A stretch of 64,000 nt of DNA from Clostridia bacterium (GTDB lineage Bacteria > Bacillota > Clostridia > Oscillospirales > CAG-272): contig JAFTME010000069.1 in the NCBI GenBank assembly GCA_017452545.1, positions 31,980 through 95,979 of the forward strand, read 5' to 3'. This document shows, one piece after another, positions 28,640 to 38,545 of this stretch; position 1 is the stretch's first letter, and each line of letters opens with the position of its first letter. Both the position numbers and the translations under genes were made by a program. Under the pieces are notes generated by a model that was not told the DNA's origin, ran no database searches, and was given only the letters and a program-made list of their open reading frames with translations.

Positions 28640-31471
28640 TCATATGTCCTCACGGAAGAGTTTTTCCTTTAAAAACGTGTGAATCCATCCCTTGATCCTC
28701 GGGCAAACGAGGCGGGAAAGCAGCAAGCTCCCGATAAAGAACGGAATGCTCAGTAAGGAAAATAGTAAGATTTTCCATGAGAATCCGAGACAGCCAAACA
28801 AGGCCGCCGGACCGGGGAGCGCAGAGACAACAAGCACCAAGCCAAGAACCAAAAACAGCACTGTGCCTACGGTAATGCGGGAAAATCTGGAGCTTGATGC
28901 AGGCGAGGAGGATTGCAGGAAGAACAAGATCACCATGGTTTGCGTAATGGCAAGCGACAGAAAGACGAAGACCTCGTAGCCGGCGCCCGAGGATGCCACG
29001 CCGCAGCTTCGCAGAATAGCGCCCAGCACCGTGATCAAAACGCCGGTAGCGATGGATGCACAGATCCAAGCCGGTCTTTTTTTGATCGGTGAGTGAAAAT
29101 ACCCACGGTCCTGTTGTACCGTTTGCAGCTCGGCAGCATCGTATCTGTGAAAAGCAAGGATCAGAATATAACCGAGATCAATGATCAGACCGCCGAACAC
29201 AAGCAGCGCTGCCGATTGCGCCGCAACACCGAACAGAAGCGGCAACAATACGGCAGTCATGCGCAAAAACTGTGTAAATATCAAATACTGCAGCACCAGC
29301 ACCATGTTTTTACGAATGGCACGAGCGGTGTACAGCGCATTGATCACACCGTCCAGCGTTCCGCCCGATTCCGTGCAACGGCGAACCAGAACGTCCGCCT
29401 CTCTCAGCGCAGCCGTATCGCCGCTGCGGTTGCGACGCTGTGAGTCATTTTCAAGTGGCGTTGGCTTACGCTCGGTCACTACGTCCGATTGGAAGATGTG
29501 ATCATCGCAGCAAATGTGGAGGTCTGCCCGATGCTCCTGTGCATCTCTCCAACGTAAGGAAAGTGCGGCAACCGTTCGTTTTTTATGGTGACAATAGCCG
29601 ATCAACGACTCCACTTCCCTGTCCGTCAGTCCGGCGATCACGCGTGAGTGTTCAAAGACCTCCGTAAGCGATTCTCCGTTTTGTCTGATTTTTGAAGCAT
29701 AGCTGACCTCGCTCGTCTTGCGGATCCATCCGCTGTTCAGCAGCTGCTGCACGTCATAGGCATCCTCACTTGACAAAAACAAGGTCGTGCGAACACCGCT
29801 GCTTTGCAGCTGCTCCAGGTTTTCGATCAGATCCGGATCATACGCCTGCTTGAATACGATCATTCCCTCAAAAACGACTGTTTCGTTTTGCACAGAAGCA
29901 AACAGCAGCGTGCGGCTTCCCTGCACGTGAAATTTACGATAAATCCCTTGCAGCATAGCTTTGGCATTCTCGTCCAGCGCGACTGTCTCACCGCCGACCG
30001 TCTTTGCCTCACAGCGCTCCAGCAAAAGATCGTCGGTACCGCAAAGAATACACCGCTGCTCCTGTACGTTGTCACGGGAGCGAAGAGCGACCTCGACACC
30101 GCCCGTATACTTGTCCGAAGGAGCCAGTGAAAGCGTACGGATATCAAGCGCCACAGGATCAAAGGCGATATTCTCCTGCAGCTCCTTTATTCCCTGCATC
30201 ATAGCAGTCAGGGGAGAGCCCTCCCCACTCGCCAAAGCAGAGCCTGCTTGCATACGCATCGCCTTTTCATACAGATAGACCGTAGTAAAAAAGTGCGTGA
30301 TGGCCTCGCTGCTCCAACGACCGCTGTGATAAATATCATCTGACGTATAAATCGCATGTGGGTGCATCTTTGCATCGGTAGCCGCGATCGTATCATAGAC
30401 AAACAGCTCCGACATATGACCGAGCTGCTCAAGCGAGGCGTAATTTTTAATAATCGCCGCCTTTTCCTGCGGTTGCTTGAGTGCCGCACGAACCAATCCG
30501 CAGGCGGCAACAATGCGCCCCATGACCATCAGCTGCTCACTCATCGAGGCAACTCCGAGAGACAGCGCCAAAAAGAATACGTCAAAGATCTGCAGCTCGC
30601 CGCCTCCGGACAGAAGACCGATCAGCGTAATGGGAAGCAGCAGAGCGCACATACCGAGACTGTAGCGGCTGACGTAGCGCTTCATTTTGACCACGCTCGG
30701 CACCTCTCCTACCTCACAGGATAGCGCGTGCGGACCGAGGAAGGCGGCAAGATAGGTATCCTCTCCCGTTGCTACGGCAAAGGCTACCGCTCTTCCACCA
30801 AGAATCACCGAGCCCGCCGTTAACATGTTCTCTCTCAGCGACGGAAGCGTGCCATCGTCTACGGGATCGAGCGTGCAAGCACGCTTGCCCATAGCTGTAT
30901 ATTGCAGTGCGTGATCTGTTCCATAATACAACGCCTTGACGAAAAGATCCGTCGCGCTGACAATACGTGCATCACAAGGGATAACGTCACCCTCACGAAG
31001 GATAAGCAGATCGCCGGGAACGATAGAGGTCGACTCGGCAAGCAGGTGCTGCCCCGCACGGATAATATGAACACGCGGCGCAGAAAGTCCGGCCATCGCC
31101 TCTCTGATCTGCTGTGTTTTTTGGTATGCGATAACGGTAACCGTTGTGCTGGCACAAAGCACGATCAGCACGGCAATGACGGCATTCCAGCGGGAGAAGC
31201 ACAGCGCGATCACACAAATCAGCAGCAACAGCAACAGTGACGTATCGGAGAAGATCGTTTTGATGCAGGCGCCTGTACTGACGGGCTCGGGATGAAACAG
31301 CTCGTTTCTTCCCAACCGTTCCAGGCGGGATCGACTGATCTTGAGTCCGAGCCCCCGACTGCGATCCGTCTTCAGACGCCGCTCCAGTTCTTCAATTTCC
31401 ATGGCGTGCCACGGTGTGGTTGCGTATTTGCTCAAACGGATCGCCTCCTTTCCATACATGAAATCGAACAC
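28640..31471 (-). CDS. P-type ATPase homologue with degenerate catalytic motifs
   Basis: Cation_ATPase_N-like start, A-domain PGDLLILREGDVIPCDARIV and multi-TM N- and C-terminal blocks. No DKTGT, TGES, PEGLP or GDGxND motif is present (see finding). Confidence 0.8.
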   Translation of the reverse strand: MFDFMYGKEAIRLSKYATTPWHAMEIEELERRLKTDRSRGLGLKISRSRLERLGRNELFHPEPVSTGACIKTIFSDTSLLLLLLICVIALCFSRWNAVIAVLIVLCASTTVTVIAYQKTQQIREAMAGLSAPRVHIIRAGQHLLAESTSIVPGDLLILREGDVIPCDARIVSATDLFVKALYYGTDHALQYTAMGKRACTLDPVDDGTLPSLRENMLTAGSVILGGRAVAFAVATGEDTYLAAFLGPHALSCEVGEVPSVVKMKRYVSRYSLGMCALLLPITLIGLLSGGGELQIFDVFFLALSLGVASMSEQLMVMGRIVAACGLVRAALKQPQEKAAIIKNYASLEQLGHMSELFVYDTIAATDAKMHPHAIYTSDDIYHSGRWSSEAITHFFTTVYLYEKAMRMQAGSALASGEGSPLTAMMQGIKELQENIAFDPVALDIRTLSLAPSDKYTGGVEVALRSRDNVQEQRCILCGTDDLLLERCEAKTVGGETVALDENAKAMLQGIYRKFHVQGSRTLLFASVQNETVVFEGMIVFKQAYDPDLIENLEQLQSSGVRTTLFLSSEDAYDVQQLLNSGWIRKTSEVSYASKIRQNGESLTEVFEHSRVIAGLTDREVESLIGYCHHKKRTVAALSLRWRDAQEHRADLHICCDDHIFQSDVVTERKPTPLENDSQRRNRSGDTAALREADVLVRRCTESGGTLDGVINALYTARAIRKNMVLVLQYLIFTQFLRMTAVLLPLLFGVAAQSAALLVFGGLIIDLGYILILAFHRYDAAELQTVQQDRGYFHSPIKKRPAWICASIATGVLITVLGAILRSCGVASSGAGYEVFVFLSLAITQTMVILFFLQSSSPASSSRFSRITVGTVLFLVLGLVLVVSALPGPAALFGCLGFSWKILLFSLLSIPFFIGSLLLSRLVCPRIKGWIHTFLKEKLFREDI

Positions 31472-31513
31472 AGGGTGAAAGTCAAATCCACACTCTCACC
31501 CCGTGTCCTACGG

Positions 31514-33895
31514 TTACATACAATCAATGGCAAGCTCGCCGTCACGAACGGACAGACGCACCTGCGTGATCGCCAGCATACTGCTTGCGATGATACGCTC
31601 AGCGAGCGGATCCTCCACGCTTCGCTGGATATAACGGCGCATATTGCGGGCACCGTATTTATGCGAGAAGGAATTCTTTGCGATCAGCAGAACCGCCTCC
31701 TCGGTATACGTGAAGGTCATATCCTTTTCGGCAAGCGCCGTCGTCAGATCTCCCAGCATAATGCGGGCGATTCTGACAAAATCCTGCTCGTCGAGCGAGC
31801 GGAAGGTAATGATCTCGTCGATACGATTCAAAAACTCGGGGCGCAGGAATGCCGACAGTGCCTTTTCCGTCTTTTGCTCTTCTCTGCTTTGCTCACTTCC
31901 GGAGAATCCTACCGTGCCGGACGAATGCGTTGAGCCCGCGTTGGTCGTCATGATCAGGACGGTATTTTCAAAATTGACCGTTCTTCCTCCCGCATCGGTA
32001 ATGCGACCGTCGTCAAGGATCTGCAAGAGAATGTTCATAACGTCGGGGTGTGCTTTCTCGATCTCGTCAAACAAAACGACGCTGTAAGGACGTCTGCGGA
32101 TCTTTTCGGTCAGCTGCCCTGCCTCGTCATAGCCGACGTATCCGGGAGGCGCTCCGATGATGCGGGATACGGAATGCTTTTCCATAAATTCTGACATATC
32201 GAGTCGGATAAGCGTCTCGGGGGAGTTGAACAGCTGTGCTGCCAGCGTTTTGACAAGCTCGGTCTTACCAACACCCGTAGGTCCTGCGAATATAAAGGAA
32301 ACCGGCTTGCGCTTATAGGAAATGCCCGCGCGATTGCGCTTGATGGCTCTGACGACCGCGCTGACCGCCTCATCCTGACCGATGATGCGGGAGCGAATCT
32401 GATCCTCCAGCTGATTGAGGCGCACGTACTCGTTTTCGCTGACCGTGCTTGCGGGAACTCCCGTCCAGACCTCGATGACCTGCGCCAGATCCTTAACACC
32501 GAGTGCGACCTTGGCGCACTCGGGCTCAATTTCATGCAAGCGTTCGGAAAGCGACAGCTCCTGCGCTCGGATGCGTGCCAGCTGCTCGTATCTTTGCTGA
32601 GAAAGCGCATCGTCTGCCGCCGTTTCGCCCTCCAATGCCTCACGCTCTGCCTTCAGACGCAGCAGCTTATCGCGGATCTCATAGGATTCGTTGATCAGCG
32701 CCGTGTTGAGCGAAAGATAGGATGCGGCCTCGTCCAAAAGGTCGATCGCCTTGTCCGGCAGATAGCGATCGGTAATATAGCGCTCGGAGAGCGTTACCGT
32801 GCGAAGCAGCAGCTCCTCGGGAATGATAACTCCGTGGAAATCTTCATAATAGTGCTTGATGCCGCGCAGCATATCGACGGTATCCTCGACCGAAGGCTCC
32901 TCGACGATTACAGGCTGAAAACGGCGCTCCAGAGCCGCGTCCTTTTCGATAAACTTGCGATATTCGGTCAGCGTCGTTGCGCCGATGACCTGAATCTCAC
33001 CGCGAGAGAGTGCGGGCTTCATGATATTGGCGGCATTCATGCTGCCCTCGCTGTTGCCCGTTCCGACCAGATTGTGCACCTCATCAATGACGAGAATGAT
33101 ATTTCCCGCCTCCTTGACCTCGTTGATCAAGCCTTGAATACGCGCCTCAAACTGACCGCGGAACTGCGTACCCGCGACAAGCGAGGTCAGATCAAGCAGG
33201 TAGATCTGCTTGTTTTTCAACTTGAAGGGAACGTCACCCTTGGCAATGCGAATGGCGAGCGCCTCCGCGATGGCGGTTTTACCGACACCCGGCTCACCGA
33301 TCAGACAAGGATTGTTTTTCTGACGGCGGCAAAGCACCTGGATCACACGCGCAAGCTCACGCTCACGACCGACGATATTGTCGATCTTTCCCTGTGCCGC
33401 GCTGCGGGTCAGATTGTGACAATGCGCACTTAAAAACTTAAACTTCTTTTCGTTATTCTTTTCTTTCTTATCGGCCTTTTCTCCGCTCGACTGAGGAGGA
33501 CGCTGCTGCGGTGCCGGCTTTGCATCGTTGCCGTCGCCCGAGGCAACCAGTCCTGCCTGCTCAAACAGCTTGCGGAAATCAAACGTAGGAACGGTGTTTT
33601 CGCTGCTGCGCTGGGTGTTTTGCGCATCACCGGATCCCTCCTCGTCGTCGGTATCCGTCTCTGCATCCTCGATCTCCTCGGGCGACATCATAGCACCGAG
33701 CTCGCTTTCCATCCCGGCAAGCTGATCGGGCGTAAGCCCCATCTTGCTCAGCGCATCACCCATCATATTTTCAATGGGGAGTCCCAGCTCGCGAGCGCAC
33801 TGAATGCACAGTCCCTCGCTCTTTTTTTCGCCGTTTTCCACCTTGGTTACAAAAATGATTGCCATTCTTTTACGGCATCTGCTGCATTTGATCAT
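31514..33895 (-). CDS. Clp/Hsp100 AAA+ ATPase, ClpE-like (N-terminal zinc ribbon)
   Basis: N-terminal CSRC...CIQC. Two AAA+ modules ([16 protein letters not shown]). ClpP-docking-type tripeptide VGF (SGTVGFSG). No Clp_N repeat. Confidence 0.88.
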   Translation of the reverse strand: MIKCSRCRKRMAIIFVTKVENGEKKSEGLCIQCARELGLPIENMMGDALSKMGLTPDQLAGMESELGAMMSPEEIEDAETDTDDEEGSGDAQNTQRSSENTVPTFDFRKLFEQAGLVASGDGNDAKPAPQQRPPQSSGEKADKKEKNNEKKFKFLSAHCHNLTRSAAQGKIDNIVGRERELARVIQVLCRRQKNNPCLIGEPGVGKTAIAEALAIRIAKGDVPFKLKNKQIYLLDLTSLVAGTQFRGQFEARIQGLINEVKEAGNIILVIDEVHNLVGTGNSEGSMNAANIMKPALSRGEIQVIGATTLTEYRKFIEKDAALERRFQPVIVEEPSVEDTVDMLRGIKHYYEDFHGVIIPEELLLRTVTLSERYITDRYLPDKAIDLLDEAASYLSLNTALINESYEIRDKLLRLKAEREALEGETAADDALSQQRYEQLARIRAQELSLSERLHEIEPECAKVALGVKDLAQVIEVWTGVPASTVSENEYVRLNQLEDQIRSRIIGQDEAVSAVVRAIKRNRAGISYKRKPVSFIFAGPTGVGKTELVKTLAAQLFNSPETLIRLDMSEFMEKHSVSRIIGAPPGYVGYDEAGQLTEKIRRRPYSVVLFDEIEKAHPDVMNILLQILDDGRITDAGGRTVNFENTVLIMTTNAGSTHSSGTVGFSGSEQSREEQKTEKALSAFLRPEFLNRIDEIITFRSLDEQDFVRIARIMLGDLTTALAEKDMTFTYTEEAVLLIAKNSFSHKYGARNMRRYIQRSVEDPLAERIIASSMLAITQVRLSVRDGELAIDCM

Positions 33896-33964
33896 AGTAG
33901 TATCGTCAAGTCGTGCTCCTTTGAGAGCAGTCGTTCCTTTCTTGCTAAAAACTGAGGTTAAAGG

Positions 33965-34684
33965 TTAAAATCCGAATATGATACGGAAAATATTATAGTC
34001 GTACAACGGACGGAAGATATACGTTTGTTCAAAGCCCTGCGTGAACGGAACCGTTCCGTATGCGGCCTCCAGCCAGCTCAGCAGCGCGTATACGACCACA
34101 ACGTACAAGGCAGAGTAAAATGCCGCGCCGATGATACCGAGCACAAGTCCCAAAAAGCGGTCACAGCGCTTGATCAGCGGCAGATCGGCGATGCGCGAGA
34201 GTCCCCATGCGACAATGCTGAGTACCAGCGAAGCAGCCGCAAAGGTCAGCGTATATCCGATTGCACTTGCCAAAAATGAAGCTACGGGGGTAGAGATCGA
34301 GGAGGCAAGCTCCATCAGCTCCTCATTGCCCGCATTCCCCATAGCGCCGTATTTTTCAATCAGCGCATCGACGTCCACGTGGAAGTTGTTGAGAAGAATT
34401 TTGATGGACTCCGGAATTTTTTGCAGCGCAAGCGCAAGATCAAAGCTCTCCGTTCCTTCCTCAAACATGGCAACCAGACGCGTGCAAACAAAATCATGAA
34501 CTCTGTCGCTAAAGAGCCGATCGAGCAAATACGTCGAAACGTGCGGCGCGATCATGTAGGTGAGGATGGCAGCAAGCACCGTTTTCAGCGCACCGAAGAT
34601 GGAGCGGATCAAGCCACGATGCCAGCAGGTAATTACGGTAGCAAGAATAATCACAGCAAGTGATAGGTCAAGAAAATATTTCAT
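33965..34684 (-). CDS. CvpA-family-like integral membrane protein
   Basis: Four to five TM segments. The N-terminal region resembles CvpA (colicin V production) family proteins, judged from memory. Confidence 0.6.
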   Translation of the reverse strand: MKYFLDLSLAVIILATVITCWHRGLIRSIFGALKTVLAAILTYMIAPHVSTYLLDRLFSDRVHDFVCTRLVAMFEEGTESFDLALALQKIPESIKILLNNFHVDVDALIEKYGAMGNAGNEELMELASSISTPVASFLASAIGYTLTFAAASLVLSIVAWGLSRIADLPLIKRCDRFLGLVLGIIGAAFYSALYVVVVYALLSWLEAAYGTVPFTQGFEQTYIFRPLYDYNIFRIIFGF

Positions 34685-34703
34685 GGGGCAACCTTCCTTT
34701 CCG

Positions 34704-35954
34704 TTATGGTAAATCGACGGTTACGCAAATGGCACGCGCCTGTCCGCAAAGCAGCACCTCATCGTCGCTGTACGGCAGCACGGTAAGATAGCTTCCTTCG
34801 ATCGGCGCGGCAGAGATCGGAAATACAGACGCCTGCTCATAAATACTCAAGGCGTTCTGAAAGCGTAGGCAAAGGGTATCTCCCAGTAAAACGGCATCGA
34901 GCACGCGCTCGTCCGTTACCATATTATAGCTCATATCTCCGTTTTTGTCAAATACCGTTACGTTGGTACCTGCGTTATAATTATTGGAACGCGAAAGCAT
35001 CGTACATCCGTCTGCATTCAGCGTCACGGTATCGACCGTATCCGGATCGACGGGATAAAAGGCAAGCTCTGTTCCCTTTTCATCAAGACAATACAGACCG
35101 AGCGTTGTATACAGCATCAGAATATCCTCACTCGTATACGACAGCGCGATCGGATAGCAATCCTGCAGAGTTACCGTTTGGTATTGCTGCTCCCCGGGCG
35201 TGCACAGCGCAAGCTCGGTTGCAAGCTGACCTACGTTTGAGCTGACGCTTGCGACAGCCATCTGCCTGCCGCTTGGACGGATCGCCGCGCAAACGGCGTA
35301 CTCCTTGAGATATAGCGTATTCACCGGTCGGAACATATCGTCATACAAAACGATTTCGGATGCGTAGGTGGTTCCGTCCGTAATGATGCAATAATAACCC
35401 GCATCGGAAATGGCAGCCGAGCGGATCGGCGTTGTCGTTTTTTTCTCGTGAATGGAGGAAAAGGAATTGTACAGCGCGTACTCGTCACCGCCGAGATCGT
35501 ATGCCAGAAGATAGCGTCCCGAGGGCAGCAGCCGCGGCGTGTGGTAGGTAACGGAGTCGGTGTAGCTTTCTCGCCCCGTCGCCGTAAACACCGTCAGATT
35601 TTCTCTGCCAAGCACCGCCAAGCCTCCGCGGTAAAGCGCGTAATCGTTGTTCTCATCGGAGGCGTAGGTTAGTGATTCCGATGCCCCGGCCTCACCAACG
35701 ATGACCGAGGTGTTGAGGTCCTTGATAAAATACGTCATGTTCTCAATCGAGAGACGGTCGGTTCCCGTCAGCAGCGTGACCGCAAGAAAGACACCGAGCA
35801 TCATATAAATGACAAACTGTGCCGAGGCAAAGCGAAGCGACATCTCACGGTAATACGGTGTTTCCGCCACCTCACCGGTGATCGGCTGTGTGAGAGTAGC
35901 GTGGGGCGTCGTTCCCCGAAGCAATCGGAAAAAACGGTCCTTAAGACTCATCAT
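34704..35954 (-). CDS. Hypothetical single-pass membrane protein (DUF5711-like, tentative)
   Basis: One TM (FVIYMMLGVFLAVTLL) followed by about 340 aa of beta-rich sequence with repeated blade-like segments. The family assignment is from memory only. Confidence 0.55.
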   Translation of the reverse strand: MMSLKDRFFRLLRGTTPHATLTQPITGEVAETPYYREMSLRFASAQFVIYMMLGVFLAVTLLTGTDRLSIENMTYFIKDLNTSVIVGEAGASESLTYASDENNDYALYRGGLAVLGRENLTVFTATGRESYTDSVTYHTPRLLPSGRYLLAYDLGGDEYALYNSFSSIHEKKTTTPIRSAAISDAGYYCIITDGTTYASEIVLYDDMFRPVNTLYLKEYAVCAAIRPSGRQMAVASVSSNVGQLATELALCTPGEQQYQTVTLQDCYPIALSYTSEDILMLYTTLGLYCLDEKGTELAFYPVDPDTVDTVTLNADGCTMLSRSNNYNAGTNVTVFDKNGDMSYNMVTDERVLDAVLLGDTLCLRFQNALSIYEQASVFPISAAPIEGSYLTVLPYSDDEVLLCGQARAICVTVDLP

Positions 35955-36003
35955 TACACCTCCTTACCGAAAAATAGCGTGAGAACATGAGAAAAACAGT
36001 GAA

Positions 36004-36786
36004 TTACATGATATCAAAGGATCCGGGCTGATATTCAACAGAGTCTAAATATAAGCCGACCGCAGGCGCCGTTCTGCCCGCCCTGACACGATCCCCGGAT
36101 TGAATGATCGCAGGAATATCCTCCGGTTGCATTTTTCCAAGTGCAACCTCAAGCAGCGTGCCTGCCATGATGCGCACCATATTGTACAGAAATCCGTCGG
36201 CGCGGACGCGGAAGGAAAGAAACGCTCCGTCCGCACGCACGGAAGCGGAAAACACGGTGCGCGTCGTTTCAACGATCTGCGAGCCCTGTGCCATAAAAGC
36301 GGCAAAATCATGCGTACCGCAAAAGTATTGTGCTGCACGGTTCATTCTCTCCACCGCATCGGGCAGCAGCGGCAGCGGAACGTGCCAGCTACGCTTGCCC
36401 TGGAAGGGGTCGCGGATCTGCTGCGGATAATAGCGATACTCATATTCCTTAGAGCGAACGCAGTAGCGCGGATGGAAATCATCACGCACCCAAAGGGCGT
36501 CGTACACGCTGATATCCTCCGGCAGATACGCACACATCGCGCGTGGGATCTTGTCAACGGGAATGGTCACAGGCAGATCGCACTCTCCCTTTTTGGAGAT
36601 CGCAGCGCAAAACATACGCGCATGAACGCCCGCATCCGTTCTGCTGCAGCCCATAACGTCACACTCAAAGCCGAAAAGCTGACGTGCAGCCTCGTTCAGC
36701 ATGCGCTGAACGGTCGGAAGTGTTCCCTGTACCTGATAGCCGTGGTATGCCGTTCCGTCAAACGCAAAGCGAATAAACAGTTTCAT
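36004..36786 (-). CDS. truA: tRNA pseudouridine(38-40) synthase
   Basis: FAFDGTAYHGYQ and RTDAGVHA (catalytic Asp) motifs. Confidence 0.93.
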   Translation of the reverse strand: MKLFIRFAFDGTAYHGYQVQGTLPTVQRMLNEAARQLFGFECDVMGCSRTDAGVHARMFCAAISKKGECDLPVTIPVDKIPRAMCAYLPEDISVYDALWVRDDFHPRYCVRSKEYEYRYYPQQIRDPFQGKRSWHVPLPLLPDAVERMNRAAQYFCGTHDFAAFMAQGSQIVETTRTVFSASVRADGAFLSFRVRADGFLYNMVRIMAGTLLEVALGKMQPEDIPAIIQSGDRVRAGRTAPAVGLYLDSVEYQPGSFDIM

Positions 36787-36797
36787 ATTCCGTCACC

Positions 36798-37616
36798 TCA
36801 AAGCGTATAGCCGATGCCGAAATAGTTGCATCCGACCGCAAAGGCACAGAACAACAAAGCACCGAGCAGCCAAACGAAATCTCCGGCGCGGTAGCGCAGC
36901 GCGGTCATGCGGGTGCGCCCCTCGCCGCCGTGATAGCAGCGACATTCCATCGCCGTCGCCAGCTCCTCCGCACGGCGGAAGGCAGAGGCGAACAGCGGAA
37001 CGAGAATGGGGATCAATGCCTTCGCGCGAGAGATCAGACTGCCGCTTGTAAAGTCAGCACCGCGTGCCTTTTGTGCCGCCATGATCTTTTCCGTTTCCTC
37101 GACCAGCGTCGGAATAAAGCGAAGTGCGATGGTCATCATCATGGCAAATTCGTGCACCGGCACGTGCAGCACCTTGAGCGGTGCGAGCAGACGCTCGATG
37201 GCATCGGTCAGCATGATCGGCGTCGTCGTGTAGGTCATCAGCATGCTCATGCCGATGATCAGCACAAAAATGCGAATCATCATAAATACCGCGTTGTAGA
37301 TGCCCTCTGCATAAATATGAACAAATCTCCACTCTACAAGTACAGTATCTCCACGCGTCAGAAAAATATTGATGATCATGGTAAAGAGCATGATCAAAAG
37401 AACGGGGCGAATGCTGCGAAGCACGGTTCCGAGCGGAATTCTCGAAATCAATATCAAGGCGATGGCCGATATCAAAAGCAGCGCAAAGCCTAAAACGTTT
37501 TTACAAATAAACGAGCAGATCACATACAGCAAAGCGATGATGATCTTCGCCCGCGGATCCAGACGGTGCAGGATGGAGCCCGTCGGATAATATTGCCCAA
37601 AGGCGATAGCTTTCAT
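36798..37616 (-). CDS. ecfT: ECF transporter transmembrane (T) component
   Basis: CbiQ/EcfT family, including the ARG-containing coupling helices (AQKARGADF). Operon position is after two EcfA genes. Confidence 0.9.
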   Translation of the reverse strand: MKAIAFGQYYPTGSILHRLDPRAKIIIALLYVICSFICKNVLGFALLLISAIALILISRIPLGTVLRSIRPVLLIMLFTMIINIFLTRGDTVLVEWRFVHIYAEGIYNAVFMMIRIFVLIIGMSMLMTYTTTPIMLTDAIERLLAPLKVLHVPVHEFAMMMTIALRFIPTLVEETEKIMAAQKARGADFTSGSLISRAKALIPILVPLFASAFRRAEELATAMECRCYHGGEGRTRMTALRYRAGDFVWLLGALLFCAFAVGCNYFGIGYTL

Positions 37617-37634
37617 ATAATCGGATGCTCCTTC

Positions 37635-38504
37635 TCAGCCCTTGCTTTTTTCTTTTTCAGCAAACAGATCCGTCAGCGATCTGATTGCCTCCTCAACGGT
37701 AAAAATTCCCTCGCCAACCTCGATGCCCTGTGCGCGCAAACGGCTGCAAACGGAAGAGATTTCGGGAATATCCAGCCCGACGGCAGCAAGCTCGTCGGAG
37801 CGGGAAAAGACCTCCTTGCAGCTTCCCTGCATCACCACACGGGAATGAGCCATGACAATGATATCGTCGCAAAAGCGAGCCATATCCTCCATGCTGTGGC
37901 TGACGATGATGACCGTCGCGCCACTCTTTTCTCTGTATTCGCGCATACCGCGCAAAATAGCATCGCGGCCTCTGGGATCAAGCCCGGCGGCAGGTTCGTC
38001 GAGAACCAGCACCTCCGGACGCATTGCCATAATACCGGCGATCGCCGCACGGCGCTTCTGTCCGCCCGACAGATCAAAGGGAGACTCGTCTAAAAGCGCG
38101 GGATCAAGCCCGGCAAAGGCTGCTGCCTCCAGTACGCGCTCTTCGATCTCCTGCGCCGAGAGTCCCATATTTTTTGGACCGTAAGCAATATCTGCCCGAA
38201 CGGTTTCCTCAAACAGCTGATACTCGGGATACTGCATAACAAGCCCCACACGAAAGCGGATGCTCCTCATGTCCTTGGGGCGGCTCCAGATGTCCTCGCC
38301 GTCAAGAAGGACTGTACCGGCACTCGGACGGCTTAACCCGTTGAGCAGCTGTACCATGGTGGACTTTCCCGAGCCGGTATGCCCGATGATACCCGTGACC
38401 GTTCCTTCCCGAACACACAGAGAAACGTCATCCAGCGCGCGAACCTCAAAGGGCGTTCCCTCGCCGTAGATATAATTTACGTGTTGTAGTTCTATTTTAG
38501 CCAT
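37635..38504 (-). CDS. ecfA2: ECF transporter ATPase EcfA2
   Basis: Walker A GHTGSGKST, signature LSGGQKRR, Walker B VLVLDEP. Confidence 0.9.
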   Translation of the reverse strand: MAKIELQHVNYIYGEGTPFEVRALDDVSLCVREGTVTGIIGHTGSGKSTMVQLLNGLSRPSAGTVLLDGEDIWSRPKDMRSIRFRVGLVMQYPEYQLFEETVRADIAYGPKNMGLSAQEIEERVLEAAAFAGLDPALLDESPFDLSGGQKRRAAIAGIMAMRPEVLVLDEPAAGLDPRGRDAILRGMREYREKSGATVIIVSHSMEDMARFCDDIIVMAHSRVVMQGSCKEVFSRSDELAAVGLDIPEISSVCSRLRAQGIEVGEGIFTVEEAIRSLTDLFAEKEKSKG

Positions 38505-38545
38505 TGTTTACTCTTTTTCCTTACTTGTTTTGGCGCATCGTCGTA

